A stretch of DNA of 64,000 bases, from positions 6,712,907-6,776,906 of the forward strand of contig CAVNZM010000001.1 in assembly GCA_963693365.1 (NCBI GenBank), read 5' to 3'. Below the pieces are notes generated by a model. The model had not been told where the DNA came from. It did not search any database and saw only the letters and a program-made list of their open reading frames with translations. The stretch comes from Amoebidium appalachense (taxonomy: Eukaryota; Protista; Ichthyosporea). Below, in pieces: positions 39,653 to 50,607 of the stretch; within the stretch, counting starts at the first letter, position 1; each line of letters starts with the position of its first letter. A program made the position numbers and the translations under genes.

Positions 39653-42154
39653 CCCACCCCACTGTCACCCACCCCACCACCACTGCCCTACGTCACCCTC
39701 CCACTTCTTGTCTTTGCTTATTCTTCCTTGTGATGTGCAACACAGGGACATATCCGGGCCACCTGAGGTCCAGCAACAACGCCTTCTTCAAATTCTGGGT
39801 GCCTGGAGAATGGAGCTTATGGAAACACCCGCTGACGGCAACTGTTTGTTTCATTCGGTGTGGCATTATATCAATCAGTATCTACAAAGCGGTCATGTAG
39901 CTACCCGTGAACACCTCAACACATTGGGGTTTACAGCTAATATGGAGCCTATAGAGGCGATTGGACGGCTACGCGAACTAATGGTAAACGAATGGCGGCG
40001 AAATCTAGCAGAATACCAAGGATTCCTTTCAAGGGTGACCCTCGCATACGTAGCTGATGATTTCCGCTGTCCTCGGCGCGCCCATTTTGCTTCTGCAGCC
40101 GGTGACGCGATGGTGCTGGGCTTAGCCAACGCACTCCGCATACCAATAACCATTTTTAGCACGATTGCCAATCACGGTGTAGTTGCGGTCACTCCACCCA
40201 CCGTCATCGAACCCAACATTGCCATACCCGTATCACTTAACGGTGCAGCAGATCATTACTCAGTGGTAATACCTCGCTTGTCGCATGCGAACAAAATCTC
40301 GGACAACAACCAAACACAGACATCACACTCAGTTGACACGGAAAACTCGACGGAGTTGGCGTCTAACGCTAACACAACTGACACGTTCGGTGGGTTGCCC
40401 GCCAAGGGCTGCAGCTGTAATAGAAACAGTAAGGATAGAACACGTTTTTTTTGTGGTTTTAAGAACGGCGGGGGAAAAGTGCAGGCATACGATGGGCATG
40501 AGCGTTGCATATGCGCAAAGAACAAGCGGGCATGCACCCAGGCATGCAGGTGTGAGAATTGTGGCAACAGGTGAGCCGTATGATATGCATTTGCTACTTT
40601 TCTTCTTTTGCATCCTCTATTTGCCCACACTTGGTACTTTATAATCGAAACCTTAACTTGGCCAAATCCAGGTATTTCTGCTTGTCCCTCTCTTTATTCC
40701 CCCCCCCCCCCCCCCCCCTTTCCCCCTCTCTCCCCCCCCCCCCCCCCCCCCCCGGGAGGGGAAAGAAAAGCCCCCTCTCCCAATCCCCTCCCCCTCCTGT
40801 ATCCGTCGTTTCATGATGTCTAACCCCTCCTCCTCCCCCCCCACCTTCCCCACTGCTCACCACCTGCACACCCGCACACCATACACAAACTTAAACACAC
40901 ACACGCATGCACGTGTGCACGCACACACACAGCCCCTCCCCCCCCCCCCCCCCCCCCCCCCCCCCACCCCACACACACACACACACACACACACAATGCA
41001 TCCGCGCATCATGGTCCATGCATACACGTGTGTGGATAGATGCACAGGTGCACGAATCCACGCACGCACGCACCCACAGAGCACGTGTGCGCACGCACAC
41101 ACAAACACACATGTGTACACGTGCGCGCGCATTCACACGCACACACAAACGCACATACACATGCAGTCATGGACAGCGGCCAGAGCCAAACCGTCCAGGT
41201 CGCCCGTCTACCATGCAGCTGCATTTATCCGGCGAAGGGGGGAACCTTTCCCTGAGAAGTGGTGATGGGTCCAACACCACCCATACGGCCAACACAACAG
41301 CCACCAGGGGCAAGGCCACTGCCACGGTTCCAACGCAAAGGCGGCGCGCACGATTCACGCAAACACGAACCACAGATCAGAATGGTTTGGAGTATTATGT
41401 GTCTGTGGGCGAGGAGGTACGTTCGGGTAGATGGTCGGATGCGGAGACCGCGTTGATTGAAAGTATTGTTATTTCGCTTGCGGAACAAAAGTTGCCGGCA
41501 ACAGAGGAGGACATATTTGCACATTACCATGCAGCATTGGAGGGCAACGAGGAGGGTGTGGGGCTGGATGCCATCCTTTCCAAAGCATTGAAACAAATCA
41601 AGTCAAAAATAGAACACATTGAGAAGGAAAGACGTTTGCGTAGTCAGGTGGCCGCCGAGGTGAGGGAGGAAATCGCGAGGGCTAAGGAAGCCGCTGCTAG
41701 GACAGTTACGGAGAAAGCAAGCGAGAGAGCACGAAACACGAAACGTGGGCTGAAGTCACAGAGTAATTCACAGACTGCCCCGTCAAAGAAGGCCAAGCCC
41801 AGCGGCCTTTCACGTGCAAGCACCAACACAGGTGTTGCCCCTCAGGAGCATGATCCCACCAGTTCGTCAACCGATTCGGCGGATGAATTCCAAAGCACCC
41901 AACAGTCTGGGGTGATTCCCCCTAGCCAGCACCCGCACCATCCGCAAGCGTTCCACCCCAGTTATTATCACACATACCCGAGCACGATAGCCAGTGCACA
42001 ATGTAGCGTCTGTCAACTGACTTTAGCAATCCCTCCCCATCTGTGTCATACTTACATGCAATGCTGTAGGTGCAAGGCCATGTTGTATGCTCTGGTCACC
42101 GCTTTTGGCATCCGCCTGCTCAGTTTTAGTGTCACGGATAATAGGTGGAAGTGA
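36165..42154 (+). CDS. Spliced transposon-type protein: acidic linker, OTU protease, CXC Cys cluster, Myb/SANT-like motif, Zn ribbon (5' end disrupted)
   Basis: Exons 37563-37863, 39746-40570 and 41167-42154 join in frame (phase 2,2). OTU motifs ADGNCLFHSV and DHY; CSC...C...RCICAKNKRACTQACRCENCGN; GRWSDAETALI; CSVC...CCRC. Upstream exon-like 36165-36412 is open but phase-incompatible, so the 5' part is probably pseudogenised or missing an exon. Confidence 0.75.
38641..39490 (+). repeat. About 1.9 tandem units (450-bp period) of the structured intronic repeat
   Basis: acatctttacttccatgcaaccggg begins at 38641 and 39091; the units are almost identical; flanked by poly-C; lies in the intron 37864-39745. 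Confidence 0.92.
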
Positions 42155-42689
42155 GCCAATCCCTCCACGTAGTTTTTTATTTTTCTAATTGTTATTGTGG
42201 CTGCCAGCTGCTTTGGGGTCAGGTGGCAAACGTAGGGCATGTCTAGTAGGTTCGATTAGTATGGGATTTGGCATCATGATGCCAAGACTTAGTCAATACA
42301 GTAACTTAAGAATCAGTTTGTTAGGTGTTAGTTGTAACATTTAACTTCCAGTAATGTTCAGCATGTCAGAGTGGTAGTTTATGATTGTAATGTTACTTAC
42401 AGTTTAACTGTAATGTCACGGTGTATGTAGAGTATGCTGTCACATTCAATGCACACACACGGCACACACACATGAACATGCACACACGCAACCACATACA
42501 CGTCAAGCACACACTACGTATACATCCATGCATGCGACATTCGCCTTTTTAATACCTATGATATCATTACGTAGTCAAAATACCATAATAATAATGTGTA
42601 GAAGTGATTGCAGGTCACTTTCACATGCTGCAGCTGTTTTATTAATAATGACACCGTAAATTAATGGCAAGCACACTGCAGACTCGGAT

Positions 42690-42741
<52 letters not shown>

Positions 42742-42806
42742 AAAAAAAAAATCCCCCCCCCCCCCCCCCCCCCCCCCTTCCCCACCTCGAAATTTTTGGG
42801 CGGGGG

Positions 42807-42839
<33 letters not shown>

Positions 42840-43691
42840 GCTTGGGAAACGAGGGTGCAACCGTTTTCTGTGTGCGGTAGAAAACGGCCCGGGTACCATA
42901 TCAGGAGCGGGCAATTTTTGAATTCTCCCTCCCCGGCCCCGCCGGGGAAAATTTGAGGTTTTTGGACCTCAAAGAAGTCAAATCCTGCAAAATCCACTAC
43001 CGGGAGGCCAAAAAGGGTGATTTTACAAAAAAGGAGGGACATACATGAAAAAGAGAAAATGGGCGAGTTCAGTGGGCTGCCGATAAGTATATTTCGTGCT
43101 GGGCCGGTATACATGCTGCCGTGGTTGTTGCTGTAGACGGCAGTATGGCATCGCATGTGTCACGTGACCTGCACGTGAATGCGACCATGTGCAGGCACTG
43201 AGTCTAGGGGGATTTGTATGTGTGTTTTGGAGCACCGACAAGGCAGAGCCAGGGTGAGGGATGTGTAAACATGGAGTTTAGGGAGATCGTGCTGCTATTG
43301 TAACATGTGCACAAAACAGCCACGTGCACCGGCACACTCCGGTGTACAGAACAATAATATGCACATGCGTCACTGTAATATCATGTATGCGCATGCCGCA
43401 CAAGGTTTAGGAGACCACCACAGTATATACTATTTTCTTTTGGTTGATATCCATGTAGGAATGGTGTGTTGCAGTTGTCATGATCAGCCTGAGGCAGGCA
43501 CGTGCACTCACCGCTCCCGGCGCGCGCAAACCCTCCAAGTCATTGCACCAACTTTCACCTTCTTTCCCCTTTGTGCCCCATCTGCAGTTTGTCCCCTGCA
43601 CGTCCGTTTGCCCTTCCCCCCACACCCTCCTGCCACTACTATAATAACCATTAAGTACCGCCACCAAGATCCAGTCTACCACCATGTGCCC

Positions 43692-43741
<50 letters not shown>

Positions 43742-43890
43742 CTCTCCACCTCCTTTCCCCCAACACACACAGACACACATGCGCACACCCACCATCTAAT
43801 TTCAGGCATAACAGTTCTCCACGATTTCCCAAGCACACTCACTGGTACATGGACCGTTATGCTTTCACCCCTCTGATGATCCCTCTGCCC

Positions 43891-43921
<31 letters not shown>

Positions 43922-44014
43922 ACCACCACCACCACCACCACCACCACCATGACTGATTGCCACCACCACCACCTAATCCATCACCATGTCCCCCCTCCCC
44001 CCTCCCCCCCCCCC

Positions 44015-44045
<31 letters not shown>

Positions 44046-44294
44046 ACACACACACGGACCCACAAGTACACGCACACTCACAGGCGCACATCCACCACCA
44101 CACATCCACCACCACCATAATAGAAACTTATTGACCACACTTCCAAAACCCATTTCCAAGTCCCCCCCCCCCCCTAAAAAAAAAATAAAAAATAATAAAA
44201 CAAAACCCTACCAAGCCAACCCAAAAAATGCCCAAGCACGTGCATACAAAACAATGGGGACCATTTACACACCCAAAATGCAGTGCACACTTGC

Positions 44295-45622
44295 CTGAAG
44301 GCACATGTCCAGCGTAACCATTTTTGTCACCAAACGCCGAGAACTTAGCCGCCTGCTCCTCTGGGGGAAGTTCTGTCAGGCGCTGGTCGTGGGGGCGGAA
44401 ATCGTTACGCTTTTTGAGTTCATACTTGGTCCAATGCAGCGCCCTCGAGTAATACAGGAGCCGCTGCTCGTCGTATCGCTGCTTGTGGAGCTCCGAGAGG
44501 AGGGTGGCAAAGGCGTTTGGGCCCACACCTTTGTCTGCCAGTGCACGCAACAATGTTACCACCTTTAGGTCGAGCCCACTGCGGTGGCTAAGGTAGGCCG
44601 GAAACTGATCACGCATGAAGAGTGGAAGGCGTTTAATTGTCTGGGGGTTTGTGCCGGCAAAGTTTTTTTTGCATGTGTCACAAAAGTACCGGGCCGTGAT
44701 AATGTAGTAGCAGCTGTCAAAGTCGATAACACGCCGTCCTACGGGGTTGCTCATGAACCCATTGCGAGAAGTACGGTGTGGGTTGGGGTGGTTGTGGGGG
44801 TCCACGTAGTGATCATCGAAGGGGCACGGCACCATGAAACCGGGAGACAACCTTTCCGGAAGCCAGGCAAAACATCTGGGTTTGTAGAAAGGCGCTGGAT
44901 CGCCCCCAAATTTAAAGCCTATAATGGGAGGTGGAAGATGCCACCCCACAGGCGTCTTCTCATCTTTGAGACTCTCTTTCACTGTGTGCAGGTGCGACTT
45001 GATTGTTTCGCCCGCCGCGTCAGAAAACTCCTCTCCACCGTCATCCCCGTCCGTATTATCTTCTCCCTCTTCCTCCCCTTCATCCTCGTCTACCCGGTAC
45101 GCATCTGCTGCTGCATTTAGCAAAGGTTCCTCGTCGGGTTGCACCTGTATGTCTGGTGGGTGTGGAGCAGGGGCCCGATCCATTTCTCTTGGTAACGAAT
45201 GGACGCTACCTGCCTCAACTACACGGGCCCTTATGTCGGCGGCCTTAGATAGAGGGGGCTGTTCGGGTTGTACGTTTACGTTTAGTTCCTGCAAAACAGC
45301 TTTGTTTGCCGTCCCAAAACCTGCAAAGTTCGCTAAAGGCTGAACAAATGCAGCATCTTTTTTTTTTGCGCCCAGCTCCCTCCCTAGCTCCGCCTGTTTT
45401 ATGCCCAGGGCGCTGTGTTGTGCCCTTAGGGCAGCCTGGCTTCATTTTAAACACTTGGGGCCTGGCCCCCTGCCCCCCTAGTGCGACTACGTTACCGCAA
45501 ACATTCCCGTATTCCAGTGTGCTCGGCAATGCTGCTCATGGCCTTCCCGGACTGGTTGTGACCAGTAAAGAGCGCGCCAATTCCTGACCGCCGCCTACAG
45601 CAGTGTATGATCTGTTATCCAT
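44295..45622 (-). pseudogene. DUF6729-like N-terminal region of a DNA-transposon protein, frameshifted and truncated
   Basis: FYKPRCFAWLPE...CP...NGF...RRVIDFDSCYYIITARYFCDTC...LPLFMRDQFPAYLSHRSGLD...GPNAFATLLSELHKQRYD. The upstream AT-hook-like GGAREGAGRKKK segment is joined only by removing one base from an A10 run (45358-45367); in-frame TGA near 45537; exon ends at G|GCAAGT; no downstream DDE exon recognised. Confidence 0.7.
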
Positions 45623-47205
45623 ATTCGGCAAAAGGGGTCTTGCCCAACCAATGGCTTGAATCCTTGTAACTTTGCTTTATCCATATAAGGTTAGCTGAAC
45701 ACCCCCCCTCCAATCATACCCCCCCCTTCTCTCTAGTAGTAGCTCCTGGCATGCCGCACCCCCCAACTATCCGTTGTGATTGGTTTCCTTCTACTGGTGA
45801 CCGATAGACTGAGTGTTTTCTGTTGGATGCTTGACGCTGGTTCGCATTTTTGTTTGGTGCAGATGTCTAGATGTGAGTGATCATGAGTTCTGAGTGTTAA
45901 AATCATGTAATATCCTGCATATCTGCACTCAAATCATAATAATAATGAAGAACTTCGAACCACACAAAGAGATACCGGCGTGGTGCCATACAGCGGTGTG
46001 TGTGTGTGTGTGTGTGTGTGCACGTGTATGGTGTACCCAATTGTCTTAACACACCGTTTGGAGTAGTAGGCCGTTTCCGGATCATCTCTTGCCTTTCTTT
46101 CTTTCAGTCTTTTCTTGCAAGCCCTCCATTTCCGCGTACGGTCTTTTTTTTTTCTTTGTCTTTCCTATTATACGTACATGATTGTTTCGCAGTTTATTAT
46201 TGATCTTCTCGTGATATTACTGATTACTCGCGAGGGCCCGATGTATTCAATGAATAATAGCTAGCTAGCACTGCCAAATCACATGACTTGGTTGGGACTC
46301 TTGGGCCTGAACTACACGGACGTACTATAGCTATGTTGCATCTTTGATTATAGTGCAGTTGTGTCTGTGAATTCGCACTAATACACGGCCATCTAGAAAC
46401 ACCTAGATGGCCATGCACTATTATTAGCTAGTGTAGTGATTAGGAGAGCATGCATGACACGGCGCGAGTTTCAAATGCTCCTCGATCAGTCTCTCAGACT
46501 CGCAGGGTTAAAATGATCTGCCTGGCAGTCTCAGGGTGGCCATAGGCGTTAACGTTCCGGGTATTCTGGTGCAACCAATCATCATCTGAACACCCAGCCA
46601 GGGCCGTGCACATGAGTCTCATTTGAGCCTCGTTTCACAGCTGTGTTATTCGAATATTTCTCGGTGCTGCAGGCTCCGTGCTGCGGGTTCGCCCCTCAAC
46701 TACTAGTACTCGGAATAAGAGGCGCCTCTTTTTCCGCCGGGCACCGTGATCATGACCGTCTCAGGCCGTGGGTGCACGTGGAGGTGGGAAGGGGATGGGG
46801 GGGGGGCGGAGGGCTGGGGGATCCGGAGGGGGGGAGGGGGACGCACGTGGACGACCGCAGGCCGTAGTGTACAGTGTAGGGTGCGCAGGCTGGGTGGCCC
46901 CGCATCAGTGATGATCGTCGCCGCTGCCAGATCTAGATACATGTGTGCCTGCCACCGCCCCACGGTACCGGTGTGTGTGTGTTTGGGTTGGGGGGGGGAG
47001 GCACTGCCACCGGGGAGGTGGGGGGGGGGAGGGGGGGGGGGATCCGGAGGGAAGGTCGGGGAGAGGGGGGGCGGGTGGGGGGAGGGGGGGGAGGGATTTG
47101 TCACCGTTCACGCGTGTGCACGTGTGCACGTGTGTGCGTGTACACGTGTGCGTGTGTGCGTTCTTGTGGTTTGGCACCGTGGCCACCGTGGCACCGTCAC
47201 CGACC

Positions 47206-48116
47206 CAGGGTTCGAAGGACGGTGGAGCCCATTAACGGAAGTCGAAATCCCGGTTCGGAAAACCTCTTCGAAAATCGGAATGCTCCGTCGGAGCAGGCCC
47301 ACCAAAAATCGTAATCGTCGCGCATCAGTAAACTTGAGTACTTGTACTTGAGTTGGTTAACATTGTGAGAATAATAATCCCAATTAGTAATGCAACAAGT
47401 GAACGTGGCTTCTCTGGTGTGAATGTCATTAAAACTTCTCTCAATTGCAAAGCACGTATGACAACACATGCAGTGCATAATCAGCTCATGATAGCCATGA
47501 ATGGGCCGGAAATAGAGGTAGATGTGAAGCACGTGAAAGCTGAGCTTAAGTTTCAGAAAGAAATGGTTAAGAAATTAGTTAAAGAGGGCAAACTGAAAGG
47601 GTTGACTGTAGAAGGGGCCAAGGAGCAGCTGGAAATGGCCCAGGTGGCCGAGGCAGCAGCCCAAAAGAAGGCTCTGGCAGATTTCCTTGCTTTTGACTGG
47701 AACAGGGTGCACAATGTGTATATTGCCAACCCTTTCAAATAAATTGGATCTCTGACAACACACCAGCACCTAGTAACCGTCAAGTAGTGTCCCTTGTTTT
47801 AATTTAAAAATTCTGGGAGAGGGGAGGGGAGGGAGGGGGGGGGGGGGGGGTGAGTTGAGGCAGCGCTAGCAACATGGGAAGCTCAGGCAGAAATCGAATG
47901 TTTGGGGGGGAGAAGGGGGGGGGGGGGGGGGGAAGAAAATGTTGTGTTTGTGTTTGTGTGTGTGTGAATATTTTCTTTGCAATTGTGTGTGTGTGTGTGG
48001 TGGGTATGTATGTACGGTGTGTGTGTCTGTGTGTATGTGTACAGGTGTGGGTGTGTGTATTTGTGTCAGCGGTAATCGGTGTGTGTGTCTATGTTGTGTG
48101 CATGTGTGCACATGTA

Positions 48117-48158
<42 letters not shown>

Positions 48159-48362
48159 TGTGTGTGTATGTGCATGACATTGTGTTCATGTGTGTGTGTG
48201 TTTTGTGTCAACGGTTATGGTGTGTGTGTATGTATGTACAGTGTGTGTATATATGTGTGTGTGTGTGCAGTGTGGTGTGTATGTATGCAGGGTGTGTGTG
48301 TCTGTGTATGTGTGTGTACATGCCAGTGTACATGTGGGTGTGTGTGTTTGTACCAACGGTTC

Positions 48363-48412
<50 letters not shown>

Positions 48413-48933
48413 CACGGGGTGTGTGTGCGTGCGCCGTGTACATGGTGTGTGTGTGCAGCCTGTGTGTGTGTGTGTGTGTGTGTGCACGTGTGTGTCAGTG
48501 TTTGTGTGTGGGTGGTGGGTGGGTGCATAGCATATGCATGTGATTGTACAGTGTATACAGGGTGGATGCATGTGCACGTTTGTAATACAGTTATCATTAT
48601 CTGAGATAGTATGTGCCTGTGCACGTGTACTGGCCTAGGTCACATGTGCGGTGTCACGGTCATGTGTATGTGGGGTACCGGTGCATGTGTGTCTTTGAAC
48701 GGAACACAGTGGTGTACTAAGTGGTGTGCGCACAGTGTGTGTATTGCCTGCCATTTAAGACGCGTGCCACTGATCGTGATACACGTGGCACCTGCACCTG
48801 GTGGCCGTCGACTCTGAGAATCTAGATCTATTCCATGTTTAGGCCTTCCTGGGGGGGAAGGGGAGGGGGGAGGGGGGCGGGGAGTACTAGTAGGCCTAGG
48901 GGGGGGGGGGGGGGGGATCCGCCTGAAAAAAAA

Positions 48934-48964
<31 letters not shown>

Positions 48965-49589
48965 GAGGGCCGGAGCGGCGGTGGGGGAGAAGGAGGGGCA
49001 GCACTGGTGAGGGAACGGTGGGCAGCGGAGGAGGGGCCATGGGGTTCGATTTCTGGGGGGGGGGGAAGTTTTGAAGTGGAGGCCGGCCCATGTATACATG
49101 CGCAGGCATATGCATTGTAATGTTCATGTGGCCATGCATATGTATGGCTATGATGCATATGTGGTGTCACGGCTGTGTGTGTGTAAATGTGTGTGTGTGT
49201 GTCTGTGTGTCTGTGTGTGTGCGCGCACGAGTGGGTGTGTGCATAAATGTGTTTGGTGTGACAACATGTACATGTGCTAGGCTGGCGCTCTAGTCAGGGT
49301 CTGCCATTGAACATTCTACAGGGACAGGGAGAGACGTACGTACGTGTGCAGCTTGTGTGGGTGGTGTATGCCCCGTGTATGATGAGACCTGCGAAGTCAT
49401 GAGAAGCTTCTCCCCGGGGCCGGGGGGGGGGGGGGGGGGGGGAGGGGGAGGGGGGGGGGGGGGAGAGGGGGGGGGGGGGGGGGGGGGGGGAGGGGGCTCT
49501 CGGGCGCTCCGATTCGGCCGGGACGATTTTTCGGAACTGTGTTTTCAAATATCGGAAATTCAGATTTTTTTTCGTAACGTCGAACCCTG
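47206..49589 (+). mobile_element. Non-autonomous hAT DNA transposon, 2384 bp
   Basis: TIRs CAGGGTTCGA...TCGAACCCTG; exact 8-bp TSD CACCGACC at 47198-47205 and 49590-49597; internal hAT dimerisation-domain remnant. Confidence 0.92.
47353..47742 (+). pseudogene. hAT transposase C-terminal dimerisation domain remnant
   Basis: IIPISNATSERGFSGVNVIKT...RMTTHAVHNQLMIAMNGP matches the PxSxAxxERxFS...K/R...NGP pattern; the rest of the transposase is deleted. Confidence 0.85.
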
Positions 49590-50487
49590 CACCGACCAAG
49601 TCCCAAATTTGGACTGCAGACGTTGCTGATTGGCCATGAACCTTTAGCCTACGAATTCCGATTGGCTTACAGCAACTACCCAATCGGAGTTTCCTAATTT
49701 GCAACATTACCATTTTGATTGGTGAGTCGTTCTTGTCCAATCAACGAGCAATTTCTTACGGTTGAATCCCCCAAGACCTGTCTATTCGTGCCCAGATCTT
49801 CGAACTTCCGAAGTGGGCCAGACTCAAATAGCTCATTTTCCACTACAGTATTTTTCGTTTGTTTCCTTAATAACACGTATAAACGTATGTAAATTTATAT
49901 CGGAAAACTGGCACTAAAAATCTGGTTGAACGACCATGTTTATGTGTTGCTAGAGATACTACTATGCAACGGTGGGATGTATGGTTTGGGGGGGCCGGCG
50001 TATGCGTCCGTCATGCCGCGGCCCGCGCGCATGGACTGAAGTGTACTCTTATACCGTTTAATATGATTTGTACCTACAAAAGATACATAACCTTCATGAA
50101 AAACTCCGTAGTGAGCGCTAGTATTAGCCATATGAACTGACTGTCGCACAACGTATGGGCCATGTACATGCATATACATAGTATGTAGCTATAGCGGCCC
50201 CGGCGCGACTGCGCGCGCAGGTCGACTCGAATTCAGTCACGAGTCGGCCAAGCAATGAGACCTGTAGGACCGAAACAAAGAAAAGTTGTTTTGCTTTTAT
50301 ATCCTTATAGTTTTGCAATGTGGAATACACATAACCAATAATTTTTCGTATTTTTACATATGCATAGGGCCTAGGAGGATGCGCAGGCTCATAGCTTCAA
50401 GGAATATAATTGGCGCTAAATCATGCACAGCTCTGCCATGGAGGATTTTGTGGCCGCTTATGGCTAATCGGAAGTCTAGACGGAAGG

Positions 50488-50522
50488 TATAAAATATAGC
50501 CGCGGCTCAAAAGCCTTCAGTT
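50488..50522 (+). promoter_or_regulatory. Core promoter: TATA box plus initiator
   Basis: TATAAAA at 50488-50494 and TCAGTT with its A at 50519 (31 nt downstream), 89 nt before the permease ATG; several CCAAT/ATTGG boxes upstream (49628-49741, 50335, 50409). Confidence 0.65.
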
Positions 50523-50607
50523 CGCTTCTGCGTCGCAATCGGTACATCTGCAGACTACCCTTCCTCCCCCTCATCTGCAACCCATCGCAGTGTAGCTGTC
50601 AACCAAG

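Noticed and set aside
43512-43885. Downstream exons of the DUF6729-like gene
   Set aside because: Splice-like signals exist, but the phase-compatible frames hit stops and show no DDE-like motif.
46385-46432. Helitron 3' end (hairpin ggccatctag/ctagatggcc then CTAG-T); similar hairpin near 5526
   Set aside because: No 5' end or Rep/helicase sequence; evidence too thin.
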